Below are positions 19,237-29,022 of a DNA stretch of 64,000 bases, in pieces. Both the position numbers and the translations under genes were made by a program. The stretch is from an uncultured virus (IMG/VR IMGVR_UViG_3300048029_000465) (taxonomy: Duplodnaviria; Heunggongvirae; Uroviricota; Caudoviricetes; Demerecviridae), in IMG/VR virus record IMGVR_UViG_3300048029_000465; one strand, given 5' to 3'. How positions within the stretch are numbered: the first letter of the stretch is position 1; each line of letters starts with the position of its first letter. The notes under the pieces were generated by a model. That model was not told where the DNA came from. It did no database searches and saw only the letters and a list, made by a program, of their open reading frames with translations.

Positions 19237-19452
19237 ATGACAGATATACAAGAAAAACCCACTCTAACTTTCAATGACAAAAATTATGTTCTTGAAGATC
19301 TGAGTGATGCAGCAAAGTATCTTGTGGGCCAACTTCAAGACTTAGCACAGCAAGGGCAAGCAACTCGCGCACGCCTTGATCAAATCGAAGTTGCAAGAGA
19401 AGGCTTTAACGCTCGTCTAGAAGAGGAGCTTGGCAAGGACTCTGAGGAATAG
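19237..19452 (+). CDS. small acidic coiled-coil protein, paralog 1 (DUF6447-like)
   Basis: PTLTFNDKNY.LEDLSD.AKY.V.QLQDL...L.Q.EVA..GF...L.EEL. Confidence 0.75.
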   Translation: MTDIQEKPTLTFNDKNYVLEDLSDAAKYLVGQLQDLAQQGQATRARLDQIEVAREGFNARLEEELGKDSEE

Positions 19453-19454
19453 TT

Positions 19455-19736
19455 ATGCAGATTATAAATGAAAATGACGTTCCTACAGTTGTAATTGGCG
19501 GAGAGCATCATGAAATTGAAAAAATGAATGAAGCTTCCAAGTATTATGTAGATCAAATTCATGATCTAAATATGCAATTAAGACAGATAAAAGGAAAAGC
19601 TCACCAATTTGAAATAGCAAGATCCGGCTTTATCAATTTATTGAAAGAAGAAATCGCTATGCAAAATGAACTTATGAAGGGAGGCGAAGATATGCCTGCT
19701 GAAGAGGCACCAGAAGGTGACGAAGGTCAAGAATAA
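19455..19736 (+). CDS. small acidic coiled-coil protein, paralog 2
   Basis: MNEASKYYVDQIHDL...QFEIARSGFINLLKEEI aligns with paralog 1. Confidence 0.72.
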   Translation: MQIINENDVPTVVIGGEHHEIEKMNEASKYYVDQIHDLNMQLRQIKGKAHQFEIARSGFINLLKEEIAMQNELMKGGEDMPAEEAPEGDEGQE

Positions 19737-20004
19737 TGGTGTAAGTATTCCCTTACTTCCAGAGGAAGAATGGGAAGAAGAAGGAGGTCATATGGGGTAT
19801 AAAGAGCCTGTAGTACCACCGCAAGAGCCTACAAGCTCTGCAGTAGACTACAGTAACTTATCTGAGGTAGCAATTTCGTACCTTGCTCAAATTCAAGACT
19901 TGCAAGAACAATTAGAGCAAGAGAATTTGAAAGTACAAAGACTTGAAATGGCTATACGAGGTTTTAGTATGGCATTACAAGAAGAGTTAGAAGGGGCTGA
20001 ATAG
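19717..20004 (+). CDS. small acidic coiled-coil protein, paralog 3 (start uncertain)
   Basis: LSEVAISYLAQIQDL...RLEMAIRGFSMALQEEL aligns with paralogs 1 and 2. Confidence 0.68.
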   Translation: MTKVKNNGVSIPLLPEEEWEEEGGHMGYKEPVVPPQEPTSSAVDYSNLSEVAISYLAQIQDLQEQLEQENLKVQRLEMAIRGFSMALQEELEGAE

Positions 20005-20014
20005 CCCCTTTTTT
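19991..20014. terminator. terminator hairpin between the convergent replication and tail arms
   Basis: AAGGGGCT-GAAT-AGCCCCTT-TTTT containing the + strand stop codon; strong for +, short U-tract for -. Confidence 0.8.
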
Positions 20015-20015
20015 A

Positions 20016-22445
20016 TTAGAAAGTATCCAAGTTTGTAACATAAGTTTGAGTGTATAAAGACTGTGCAGGAGTGCTTACCGTCAGTCCTGCATTCTGAGAA
20101 AGCCCACTCGTAGTGTAAAGAACCTTAGTACTATCTGTAGTATGTTGTGCTTCATTTGCAGTTGAACTACTAAAATCAGTTAAAGATATTGTGTAGTAAG
20201 GGTCTGTTCCTAGATAGTACTCATCATACGTGACAGTAGGATCTATAGAAGTAAGCAACACATCCTCCTTATGGGGCTGGTTGTAATAATTTGTGAGGCT
20301 ATTAGAGTTATCTGATAGTATAATAAGAGCTCCTTCACTATTAATTGCCGTAGCTATCGCACTTGTGTCTCCTCCTTGAGTAGCTCCTCCAGGCGCGGCA
20401 CTGACGTCATATCGGCCAATAAAGTTCTTTTCCATTTCTCGATAGTTATTCGGAAAAACTTTAATATATCCTGCACGCCATCGATTAGCAGTTGTATCTC
20501 TATTAGCAGTAACAGGAATATAAGCCTGATAAGAACTATTTACAGCTACTTTTCGTGCCGTACCAGTAAACTTTGGGTCTGGGTCGTTTTGTTGAGGAAT
20601 ATATGTATATATGGTAGCCCCATTTTTATTTCCACTACTTGGAGTAATATAATCTATTCGAAGAGTGCTACTCAAATTAGAGCCCCCAAGAGTAGTGTTT
20701 TCCAGAGAAACTACTGCTAGTTTAATGTTGGTGACCATAAAATACATCCCCACGGTGTACATGGAAGGCGACCCCGTAGTATTCGTGGGAGACGGCTGTC
20801 TTCTCCAAGTTATTGAGCCATTCGAAGAAGCAACTTTATACACTGCAGGAGCTGGCCTATAGGCTCCTCCAGACACTCGAACACTGTCGTTTCCCATAAG
20901 GTAAACATCACTATTATCTGCGCACGCGAGGCAGACGTGATTGCTTACATATTCATATGACGTTGAGCCAATTTCTTTTTGCCACTGAACAGTTCCAGAG
21001 GTATTAAATTTCATTAATAATAAATCGGTAGCCCCTGAGCCTCCAGATAAGTCGGTATGTGAAGAAGTACCTGCTACAAAAATAGAATTATTATCAGGAG
21101 AAACTACAACGTCATATAACTTAGTAGGATAACTATTACTGCCTGAGTCAATTCTTCGTTGCCAAGAGATTGCTCCAGCAGTTGTAAACTTAATTAAATT
21201 CGCATTTCTTCTGTAAGAGCTGCTAGTGTCTTCTGAGTGCCCTACTACATAAATATTATCATTACCATCTATAGCAATATTCGTAAACGTGTATCTTCCT
21301 GTACCTGAACCTACATTGCCATTGTCCACATACAGTTGCATCCACTGTACTGCACCGTTCTTATTAATTTTGTATATAGCTGCTCGGTGAAGTCCATATT
21401 GCTGCTGGCCTACTACATAAATATTATCATCGCTATCTAGAGCCATACTCCATGGCTTCACGCCGCTATTGGTCTGAGAAATAGTTAGTTGCCACGCACT
21501 TGAGAAAGCTAGCTCGAAAGACGCAGTTGCAGTAACATCGTTTGCACCGTCTGATGCAGTAAAGGTTACTCCAAATGTTCCTGCATTAGCACTGTCGGTA
21601 CTCGGAGTAATAGTAAATACATTTGCAGACTGAGTAATAGTCGCAGTAGACCCTAAAGTACCTGTAGTAACTGCATGGCTCCATGTAAGAGTTCCTCCTT
21701 CGGGGTCCGCAGAGCTAAGAGTAATAACAGTGGCTGTTCCATCGTCAGCTAAAGTATAAGAAGCATTTAAACCTGTTATTGCTGAAGGACTCTGGTTCGT
21801 TACAGTAAAGGATGCACTTGCAGTAACATCATTCACACCGTCTGAGACAGTAAAGGTTAGTTCAAATGTTCCACTAGAGTTGGTTGTTGGAGTAACCGTA
21901 AATACATTTGCAGACTGGCTGACTGTAGCATTTCCTAGGGCTCCAGAAGTAACTGCATAGCTCCATGTAAGAGTTCCTCCTTCTAGATCCGTAGAGCCTA
22001 AAGTAATAACCTCAGCGGGGTCGCCAGCATTTAAAGAATATGAGGCGCTTAACCCTGTTATTGCAGTAGGAGGATCATTTTGCAAAGCTACTCCTGCCCA
22101 GCCTGTACCGTCCCATGCGACAAGTCTTTGAAGATTTGTTAAGTATGCAAGATCTCCTTCAGTATTTCCTGTTGTGGGAAGAGTTCCGTAATTTAAGTAT
22201 ACTGGAACTCCCGCCGCTGCATCTACAAATTCAAGAGCTGTAGCACCTGAATTAACTGCTACGCTTTTACCTCCTGCATTTGTAAAATCTGAAGGAGTAT
22301 CTGTTAAATTCGTGAAAGTAGTAATAGGTCCGCCAGAAGTTGCCGTTGTACTCCATGAACTTAAAGTTGAACTATAATAATACGTAATTCCGGCTACAAC
22401 TACGGTATCTCCGTTTGAAGGATTGTTAGGAAAATTTACTGCCAT
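20016..22445 (-). CDS. putative receptor-binding adhesin RBP1 (N-module, stem, 2 Ig-like domains, beta-propeller head)
   Basis: NFPNNPSNGD N-module; two Ig/cadherin-like repeats (N..P.AITGL...FTVSDG); repeated (A/L)DS.DNIYVVG...K....G..QW blades. Confidence 0.7.
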   Translation of the reverse strand: MAVNFPNNPSNGDTVVVAGITYYYSSTLSSWSTTATSGGPITTFTNLTDTPSDFTNAGGKSVAVNSGATALEFVDAAAGVPVYLNYGTLPTTGNTEGDLAYLTNLQRLVAWDGTGWAGVALQNDPPTAITGLSASYSLNAGDPAEVITLGSTDLEGGTLTWSYAVTSGALGNATVSQSANVFTVTPTTNSSGTFELTFTVSDGVNDVTASASFTVTNQSPSAITGLNASYTLADDGTATVITLSSADPEGGTLTWSHAVTTGTLGSTATITQSANVFTITPSTDSANAGTFGVTFTASDGANDVTATASFELAFSSAWQLTISQTNSGVKPWSMALDSDDNIYVVGQQQYGLHRAAIYKINKNGAVQWMQLYVDNGNVGSGTGRYTFTNIAIDGNDNIYVVGHSEDTSSSYRRNANLIKFTTAGAISWQRRIDSGSNSYPTKLYDVVVSPDNNSIFVAGTSSHTDLSGGSGATDLLLMKFNTSGTVQWQKEIGSTSYEYVSNHVCLACADNSDVYLMGNDSVRVSGGAYRPAPAVYKVASSNGSITWRRQPSPTNTTGSPSMYTVGMYFMVTNIKLAVVSLENTTLGGSNLSSTLRIDYITPSSGNKNGATIYTYIPQQNDPDPKFTGTARKVAVNSSYQAYIPVTANRDTTANRWRAGYIKVFPNNYREMEKNFIGRYDVSAAPGGATQGGDTSAIATAINSEGALIILSDNSNSLTNYYNQPHKEDVLLTSIDPTVTYDEYYLGTDPYYTISLTDFSSSTANEAQHTTDSTKVLYTTSGLSQNAGLTVSTPAQSLYTQTYVTNLDTF

Positions 22446-22478
22446 TATTTATCTCCTTATGATAGATCTTCGTAGTCT
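22440..22478. repeat. 39-bp exact direct repeat, copy 1 (RBP2/RBP1 junction)
   Basis: tgccattatttatctccttatgatagatcttcgtagtct is identical at 24560-24598. Confidence 0.9.
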
Positions 22479-24565
22479 GAAGTCAGTGTTGCAGTACCCG
22501 TAGTGTTTGTAAGAGAGCTGCCCGCCCAGTTTGAGTCGTTTGTTACAGTATGAGTGTTAGTGTAGCCGTCGCCGTTTAGAGTTACTAGTGTATTTGTAAT
22601 GCCTGTAGGTGTTCCTGTATTCCACGCAATATCTGAGTTTACACCAAGAGTAGTATTAGTAGCAGGAACACTGCTCGGATTCATAGACATAATTCCAAAA
22701 CTTTGAGTAGAGGCCCCTGCTTCGTACAATTGAAAAAGACAGAGTAGCTTTCCAGAGCTTGTAACTAAAACATTTCTAGAGTAAAGACCATTACTATTAG
22801 TACTTGAAGGAAAACTTAACTTTCCTAACCAAGAACTGCTTGAAGGAGAAGTTTTGCTATATTTTACAATTGCTCCTTGATAGCCTACAGTACTTCCGGT
22901 ACTAGAATACCATAACTCTAGGCCTGCATATATAGAAGTAGAGTCTACTGCAGGTCTATGGGTTCCGTTTACATTAAAGTACGGTTCACTACTGGCGGTA
23001 GCATAGTGAATTCTCATTTGCAATTGGGATGCTGACCAGCTATTACCATCCCATTTAACACCATGCATTCCTAGCCTACCACCCGTAGTGCCTGATTCTG
23101 GCTTATATAGATTATAACTATATCCGCTCGGAGAGTCAAGACCTAAGCTCGAACTAGTGCCTTCAACACCATTATCATGAGATGCCCATTGATTTTGATA
23201 ACGAGCATGCCAAAAACTACCATCACTGAACTGGGTTGTAATTCCTATAGCATCTCTATTAGTACCATCACTATAATTGATACTGGGACAATATGAAGAA
23301 TTTTGTATATACCAATTACTATTCGAAGAGTGTTTAGGTAGAGTGTGCCCTGTGCCTCCCGTCCAATCATATACGCCTCCTGTCTGTCCCAATACTTTAC
23401 TCCATTGAATAGTTCCAGAAGTGTTTAATGCGTGTAGTGAATGTGCATAATAGCTCCCTGCAATTACTCCAGAATTGTGCCGGTACTTTAATACTATAGT
23501 ATTATCATCTGGACTGATTGCAATATGATTAAGTCCTAGAGTAAGGAAACCATAGCTTCCTGCTGAAGATACTAATTTCTTTGCCCATTGTACGGCTCCC
23601 GAAGTATTATATTTTATTACTATAGCCGCATTTGGATTTCCATAATATGCTCCTCCCACATATATATTGTCATTGCTATCTATTGCGATGGAGTATAGAT
23701 ACGTAGCTGTAGCATTGCTTTCTGTACTTTCAAAAAGTTTTGTCCATTTTAAAGTACCGTACTTATTTATTTTAGTTATACATCCTATACTGCCTGATCC
23801 AGTGTCTCGATTTCCTACAACATAAATATTATCATCGCTGTCTATTGCCATCTGAGAAGCAAGCAAACCCGTAGAGGATTCATAGTATTCGCCAAACCAC
23901 TCTTCTGAAAAACCAAGTGTAAATTCACTTACTTTACTCGATATATGAACTCCGTCAGAAGCTTTAAATCTTAAATTAAAACTTCCTGCATCCGACTGAG
24001 TAGTTGTTGGAGTAATCGTAAAAGTACCTCCACTATTCGTAATTGTAGCTTGCGATTGGTTCGATGGACTCGTATCATGACTATACGTAATATCAAACCC
24101 TTCTGGGTCTGTAGCGGCTACTGTTACAGTCGTAGCAGTTCCATCTGTCGCTAAAAAGTAACTACCGTTCGGGCTTGTACTAAACTCAGGAGTTTCATTT
24201 GCTCCAGAAGAAATACGATCCCATGCTGCACCGTTGTAAATGTAAAGTGCGTTTGTGTCTTCCGCGTAAGCAAGCTCCCCTTCGGAAGGGCTTCCGGGAA
24301 ATGCAGCAAAGTTTGTGTAGTTTGTAACTCCGCTACCACTACTTGCATCTACAAATTCAAGAGCTGTAGCACCTGAATTAACTGCTACGCTTTTACCTCC
24401 TGCATTTGTAAAGTCTGAAGGAGTATCGCTCAATCCTACAAAAGTGCTAGAGCCTCCGCCGGAAGCTCCAGTCCATGCTGTTTTTGTTGCGCTGTATGTA
24501 TATGTAACTCCTCCAAACTCGTGAGTATCTCCATCTGAAGGGTTACTTGGAAAATTCGTTGCCAT
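22457..24565 (-). CDS. putative receptor-binding adhesin RBP2 (N-module, stem, 1 Ig-like domain, beta-propeller head)
   Basis: Paralog of its neighbours; AIDSDDNIYVVG blades; ends DYEDLS. Confidence 0.7.
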   Translation of the reverse strand: MATNFPSNPSDGDTHEFGGVTYTYSATKTAWTGASGGGSSTFVGLSDTPSDFTNAGGKSVAVNSGATALEFVDASSGSGVTNYTNFAAFPGSPSEGELAYAEDTNALYIYNGAAWDRISSGANETPEFSTSPNGSYFLATDGTATTVTVAATDPEGFDITYSHDTSPSNQSQATITNSGGTFTITPTTTQSDAGSFNLRFKASDGVHISSKVSEFTLGFSEEWFGEYYESSTGLLASQMAIDSDDNIYVVGNRDTGSGSIGCITKINKYGTLKWTKLFESTESNATATYLYSIAIDSNDNIYVGGAYYGNPNAAIVIKYNTSGAVQWAKKLVSSAGSYGFLTLGLNHIAISPDDNTIVLKYRHNSGVIAGSYYAHSLHALNTSGTIQWSKVLGQTGGVYDWTGGTGHTLPKHSSNSNWYIQNSSYCPSINYSDGTNRDAIGITTQFSDGSFWHARYQNQWASHDNGVEGTSSSLGLDSPSGYSYNLYKPESGTTGGRLGMHGVKWDGNSWSASQLQMRIHYATASSEPYFNVNGTHRPAVDSTSIYAGLELWYSSTGSTVGYQGAIVKYSKTSPSSSSWLGKLSFPSSTNSNGLYSRNVLVTSSGKLLCLFQLYEAGASTQSFGIMSMNPSSVPATNTTLGVNSDIAWNTGTPTGITNTLVTLNGDGYTNTHTVTNDSNWAGSSLTNTTGTATLTSDYEDLS

Positions 24566-24598
24566 TATTTATCTCCTTATGATAGATCTTCGTAGTCT
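24560..24598. repeat. 39-bp exact direct repeat, copy 2 (RBP3/RBP2 junction)
   Basis: Identical to 22440-22478, 2120 bp apart. Confidence 0.9.
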
Positions 24599-26748
24599 CT
24601 AGTAACTGTAGGTCCTGCATCGGCTGTGTTTGTAAGGTTAGATAGTGTGTAACTAGGTCCTGCAACATTTGTGCGGGATCCAGCAAAATAATTAGAAGCT
24701 ACAGAAGTTGTCAAATTTAGAGTTCCAACGGTTTCGGGGGAGCCTGTTGAAAGAGTAATATTTGAGTTTACACCAAGAGTTGTAGAAGTAGGAAGAGCGC
24801 TACTAAGATTTACAGAAAGAATGCCCATATCTACACTTGTACCAGAAGAAGAAGCATCTCCCCCAATCCCTACCACAGCAATTGCTCGTCCTTCGCTTGT
24901 TTTTGCCATACTTGCGGCTTGTATTCCATATCCGGAAGAATTGCTTGGACACTTTAGGTATCCCTTACCAGTGCTTCCAGCGCCGGTGTCTCCATCTAGA
25001 AAGCCATACAAATACGTAGAATAACCTACTGTGCCAACTGTATTAGTGTCATATGCTGATATAGGAACATAATAATAAGTATCTTTAACTACCCCTATTC
25101 CGTTATTAAACGCATTTAAAGTTAGTCGGGTACTCGAACTGTTGGGGTATAGAACCCTTACACTATTAGTATTTGTTACCCCATTTGTTTCTCTTGAAAA
25201 AATGCTTACTCCGTAGTCGGTAGCTGCAAAAGAAGTACTACTACGAGGCGCATAAATTTGTATTACTTCGTTCGTATCGTCATCGTAGTAAAGCGGGCCT
25301 ACTAAGCTTCCCAAGTTTCCTATCGTTCCTTCATTTGCCCATACGAAGTTTGTGCCCGTACCATTAGAAGCTGACACCATTGCAATACCGGCTCCATAAA
25401 TTGCCCCAGAGCCAGTAGAAATTTGTACCTGCCCGCTCAAAGCAACAAATACATAGTTATTGTCAACAACCAAACTCGCACCACCGTATTCGACCGCAGA
25501 GGCCCCACCTATAGATCTTACCCATTGAGTAGTGCCATTTGAATCAACTGAAATAAGATTTACATAATAGGTAGCGTATGCACCCCCAAGCTGACCCCCC
25601 TGACTTCTGGTCGAAATATATATCCTGGTTCCGTCCGGTTTAATTCCAAAGCCGTTGTACGAAACATTTTCAGTTGAAGCACTTTGTAGATATTTTTTTG
25701 CAAATTGTACTGTTCCCGAAGTATTATACTTTACTAAAATGATTCTTTCACTAGTGTCTTCAAAGTATCCCAGCACATAAATATTATCGTTACTATCAAT
25801 TCGTATTCTTCTAAAGTCTGTGTCTCCTGCGTCTGCTTCCGTGGTTTCTAACGTTTTTGTCCATATAAGAGTTCCATGTTTATTCAGCTTAGAGATATAC
25901 CCAATTAGGTCATCACCGTTATTAGGTCTCATACCTCCTACCACATAAATGAAATCATTGCTATCAACTGCCACATCTTTTGGCAAAAAATCTTCTGGGC
26001 CATAGTATTGACCAAACCATTCATTTGTAAATCCAAGACTTACAAGAGAAGTTTTACTTGAAGTATGTACCCCATCAGAAGCTTTAAATCTTAAATTAAA
26101 GGTTCCTGCGTTAGCCTCAGTAGTTGTTGGAGTAATCGTAAAAGTACCTCCACTATTTGTAATGGTTGCTTGTGATTGATTTGAAGGACTTGTATCATGA
26201 CTGTACGTAATATCAAAACCTTCGGGATCTGTAGCAGCTACTGTTAGAGTCGTAGCTGTTCCATCCGTAGCAAGACTATAAGAAGCCGCAGGCTCTGTAG
26301 TAAATTCTGGAAGCATATTACTACCTGTAGAGAAGCGATCCCATTCTGTACCATCCCACACATACATTGCGTTTGTATCTTCGGCCCATGCCATATCTGC
26401 TTCTGTATTGCCTGTAGTAGGAAAAGCCGCAAGGTTTGCGTAAGAAGTTACACTACTTCCGCCGCTGCTACTACTTCCGCTTCCTGCAGAAGATACAATT
26501 TCTATCCACTGACTTGAATCAGTGTCCTGATAGTATACAAAAAGACTGTTATCTGCAGTATCAAACCACAAATCTCCGTCGCTTGGGGAAGAAGGTGCAC
26601 TATCTGATGTACTCACCGAAGCGCCGCCTCCGCCGGAACCTGCCGAGGAAGCTGTCCATACTCCTCGCGTTGAGTTGTATGTATATGTAACTCCTCCAAA
26701 AGTATGTGTGTCTCCGTTTGAAGGACTATTGGGAAAATTTGTTGCCAT
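24577..26748 (-). CDS. putative receptor-binding adhesin RBP3 (N-module, D-module, stem, Ig-like domain, beta-propeller head)
   Basis: Carries SDSAPSSPSDGDLWFDT...SSQWIEI, shared with the 1037-aa fibre; propeller blades; ends DYEDLS. Confidence 0.7.
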   Translation of the reverse strand: MATNFPNSPSNGDTHTFGGVTYTYNSTRGVWTASSAGSGGGGASVSTSDSAPSSPSDGDLWFDTADNSLFVYYQDTDSSQWIEIVSSAGSGSSSSGGSSVTSYANLAAFPTTGNTEADMAWAEDTNAMYVWDGTEWDRFSTGSNMLPEFTTEPAASYSLATDGTATTLTVAATDPEGFDITYSHDTSPSNQSQATITNSGGTFTITPTTTEANAGTFNLRFKASDGVHTSSKTSLVSLGFTNEWFGQYYGPEDFLPKDVAVDSNDFIYVVGGMRPNNGDDLIGYISKLNKHGTLIWTKTLETTEADAGDTDFRRIRIDSNDNIYVLGYFEDTSERIILVKYNTSGTVQFAKKYLQSASTENVSYNGFGIKPDGTRIYISTRSQGGQLGGAYATYYVNLISVDSNGTTQWVRSIGGASAVEYGGASLVVDNNYVFVALSGQVQISTGSGAIYGAGIAMVSASNGTGTNFVWANEGTIGNLGSLVGPLYYDDDTNEVIQIYAPRSSTSFAATDYGVSIFSRETNGVTNTNSVRVLYPNSSSTRLTLNAFNNGIGVVKDTYYYVPISAYDTNTVGTVGYSTYLYGFLDGDTGAGSTGKGYLKCPSNSSGYGIQAASMAKTSEGRAIAVVGIGGDASSSGTSVDMGILSVNLSSALPTSTTLGVNSNITLSTGSPETVGTLNLTTSVASNYFAGSRTNVAGPSYTLSNLTNTADAGPTVTRDYEDLS

Positions 26749-26759
26749 TGTTTGCCTCC

Positions 26760-29021
26760 TTATAAGGTGTCTTTATGATACTGAATACTGGAAGATATAT
26801 CTGTCGTAGTCATAGTTATATTTGTTGTATTAAAAGTTGCGGTATTAAATGACGGGCTATCAACGTACATGCTTCTAGTTGCAGAAGTTGAGTTCAGTGA
26901 ATAACTTGACGTACTAGGGTTGTCAAATTTTAAGTTATTATTTACTCCTAACGAACTTGTACCGTTATAAGAAGTGCTTGGATCTAGTGACATTATAATT
27001 ATATCCCTTTTTCCTGAAGTATGGGTACCAAAGTCGGTTGTAGTTAGTAATATAAGTTTACCTGTGCTGGTGATTGCTGATCCACCACTATATAAACCCG
27101 CTGTAGCCGAGGTTGTGGGAAGAATGAAGTTTTTATTGTAAGTATACGCTTGGGTACTTTCTGTTAGATCAATATATCCAGTTACCCGTTGAACGTTACT
27201 ACCGTTATGATACCTGTAAGTTATAGGTATATAGGTTTTATTGCCACTAGAGACAATTTGTCCTCCTGCATCTTCATCGACATATAGCTCATCCCATATG
27301 GAGGAGGGGCTGCTTGCAGAATAAACGCTTCTTGCAGTTCCTCCTGAAACAGCTCCACTTGTCGTTAAATACTCCCAAGTAAGCCCCCATTTCTCGTATA
27401 CATCATTATTCCACCGCTCGTCTTCTTTAAATGCCACGCCTATAGTACCACTACTATTTATCCATATACCCCTCGGCTCCATATCATTTTTCATTATACC
27501 TCTTCTCCAGGAAAGAGTTCCATTGGAGTTAATTGCGTATATTGCTCCTTGAAAAGTACTTACAGAGTCTTTTGCTACAAAATAAACTTTATTGTTGTCT
27601 GCCACGGACGCCGGAGCCATGCGATCATTCGAGTTGGCCATGACTTTTGACCATTGTAAAGACCCAGAAGAATTCCATTTTGTCATATAGATACTATAGC
27701 TTGATCCTAAGGTACCAGTTCCCGTATAATTAACAACTTTTCCTCCAAGATATATGTCGGAACCATTTGGAGAAACCGCTAAATTATATCCATAAAAAAC
27801 TCTTGCAGTACCTCCGGAGCCCGTTACTTTTCGTGCCCACTGTACTGTTCCAGAAGTATTCAGTTTCATAATAAGAGGATAGTTTTCGGTATCGAGTAAA
27901 GTAGCTGCTATATAGATATTATCATTGCTATCTATTACCATTTCCTGCAGCTGAAAAGGAATTGAGGTACTAAAAGTATAGTCTTTAGACCACTGATGAA
28001 CCCCTTCGCTATTAAATTTATGAATTACGGGTCGATAGGACGGAGAGCTAGTATGAAATGTGGATCCTACATAAATATTATCATTACTATCTACTACTAC
28101 AGAGTGATCAAATGCATAGGGTCCACTACCTCCACTGTTCCACCCTGCCTGTACCAACCATTCATCTGCTAAAAAAACTAATGAAAAAGAGGCAGTTGCA
28201 GTAACATCGTTTGCACCATCTGATGCAGTAAAGGTTACTCCAAATGTTCCTGCATCCGCCGAGTTTGTACTCGGAGTAACAGTAAATACATTTGCAGACT
28301 GAGTAATAGTCGCAGTAGATCCTAAAGTACCTGTAGTAACTGCATGACTCCATGTAAGAGTTCCTCCTTCGGGGTCCGCAGAGCTAAGAGTAATAACAGT
28401 GGCTGTTCCATCGTTAGCTAAAGTATAAGAAGAATTTAATCCTGTTATTGCTGAAGGACTTTGATTTGCTATAGTAAAAGAGGCGCTTGCAGTAGTGCTC
28501 GTTTCTCCATCTGATGCAGTAAAAGTTAGCTCGAATGTGCCCGAAGAGTTTGCTGTTGGAGTAACCGTAAATACATTTGCAGATTGACTAACTGTAGCAT
28601 TTCCTAGGGCTCCTGAAGTAACCGCATAACTCCATGTAAGCGACGCGCCTTCTAAGTCAGTGGAGCCTAAAGTAATAACCTCAGCGGGGTCACCCGCATT
28701 TAAAGAATATGAAGCACTTAAGCCTGTTATTGCAGTAGGAGGTTCATTTACTAAAGCTGTTCCTGCCCATCCTGTGCCGTTCCAAGCAACAAGCCTCTGA
28801 AGGCTCGTTAAATACGCAAGATCTCCTTCTGTATTTCCAGAAGTAGGAAGAGCAGCAAAATTTAAGTATACTGGAACTCCTTCGGATGCGTCTACAAATT
28901 CAAGAGCTGTAGCTCCTGAATTAACTGCCACAGTTTTACCTTCAGCACTCGTAAAGTCTGCAGGAGTATCTGTTAAATTTGTGAAGGTACTGCTACCTTT
29001 TAAATTTGAATAATTTGCCAT
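26760..29021 (-). CDS. putative receptor-binding adhesin RBP4 (stem, 2 Ig-like domains, beta-propeller head)
   Basis: Stem nearly identical to RBP1, different N-terminus (MANYSNLKG); VDSNDNIYVG blades. Confidence 0.7.
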   Translation of the reverse strand: MANYSNLKGSSTFTNLTDTPADFTSAEGKTVAVNSGATALEFVDASEGVPVYLNFAALPTSGNTEGDLAYLTSLQRLVAWNGTGWAGTALVNEPPTAITGLSASYSLNAGDPAEVITLGSTDLEGASLTWSYAVTSGALGNATVSQSANVFTVTPTANSSGTFELTFTASDGETSTTASASFTIANQSPSAITGLNSSYTLANDGTATVITLSSADPEGGTLTWSHAVTTGTLGSTATITQSANVFTVTPSTNSADAGTFGVTFTASDGANDVTATASFSLVFLADEWLVQAGWNSGGSGPYAFDHSVVVDSNDNIYVGSTFHTSSPSYRPVIHKFNSEGVHQWSKDYTFSTSIPFQLQEMVIDSNDNIYIAATLLDTENYPLIMKLNTSGTVQWARKVTGSGGTARVFYGYNLAVSPNGSDIYLGGKVVNYTGTGTLGSSYSIYMTKWNSSGSLQWSKVMANSNDRMAPASVADNNKVYFVAKDSVSTFQGAIYAINSNGTLSWRRGIMKNDMEPRGIWINSSGTIGVAFKEDERWNNDVYEKWGLTWEYLTTSGAVSGGTARSVYSASSPSSIWDELYVDEDAGGQIVSSGNKTYIPITYRYHNGSNVQRVTGYIDLTESTQAYTYNKNFILPTTSATAGLYSGGSAITSTGKLILLTTTDFGTHTSGKRDIIIMSLDPSTSYNGTSSLGVNNNLKFDNPSTSSYSLNSTSATRSMYVDSPSFNTATFNTTNITMTTTDISSSIQYHKDTL

Positions 29022-29022
29022 A

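Noticed and set aside
20016..29021. Shufflon or invertible tail-fibre cassette
   Set aside because: All four genes are complete, co-oriented and have their own starts; no inverted repeats or recombinase seen.
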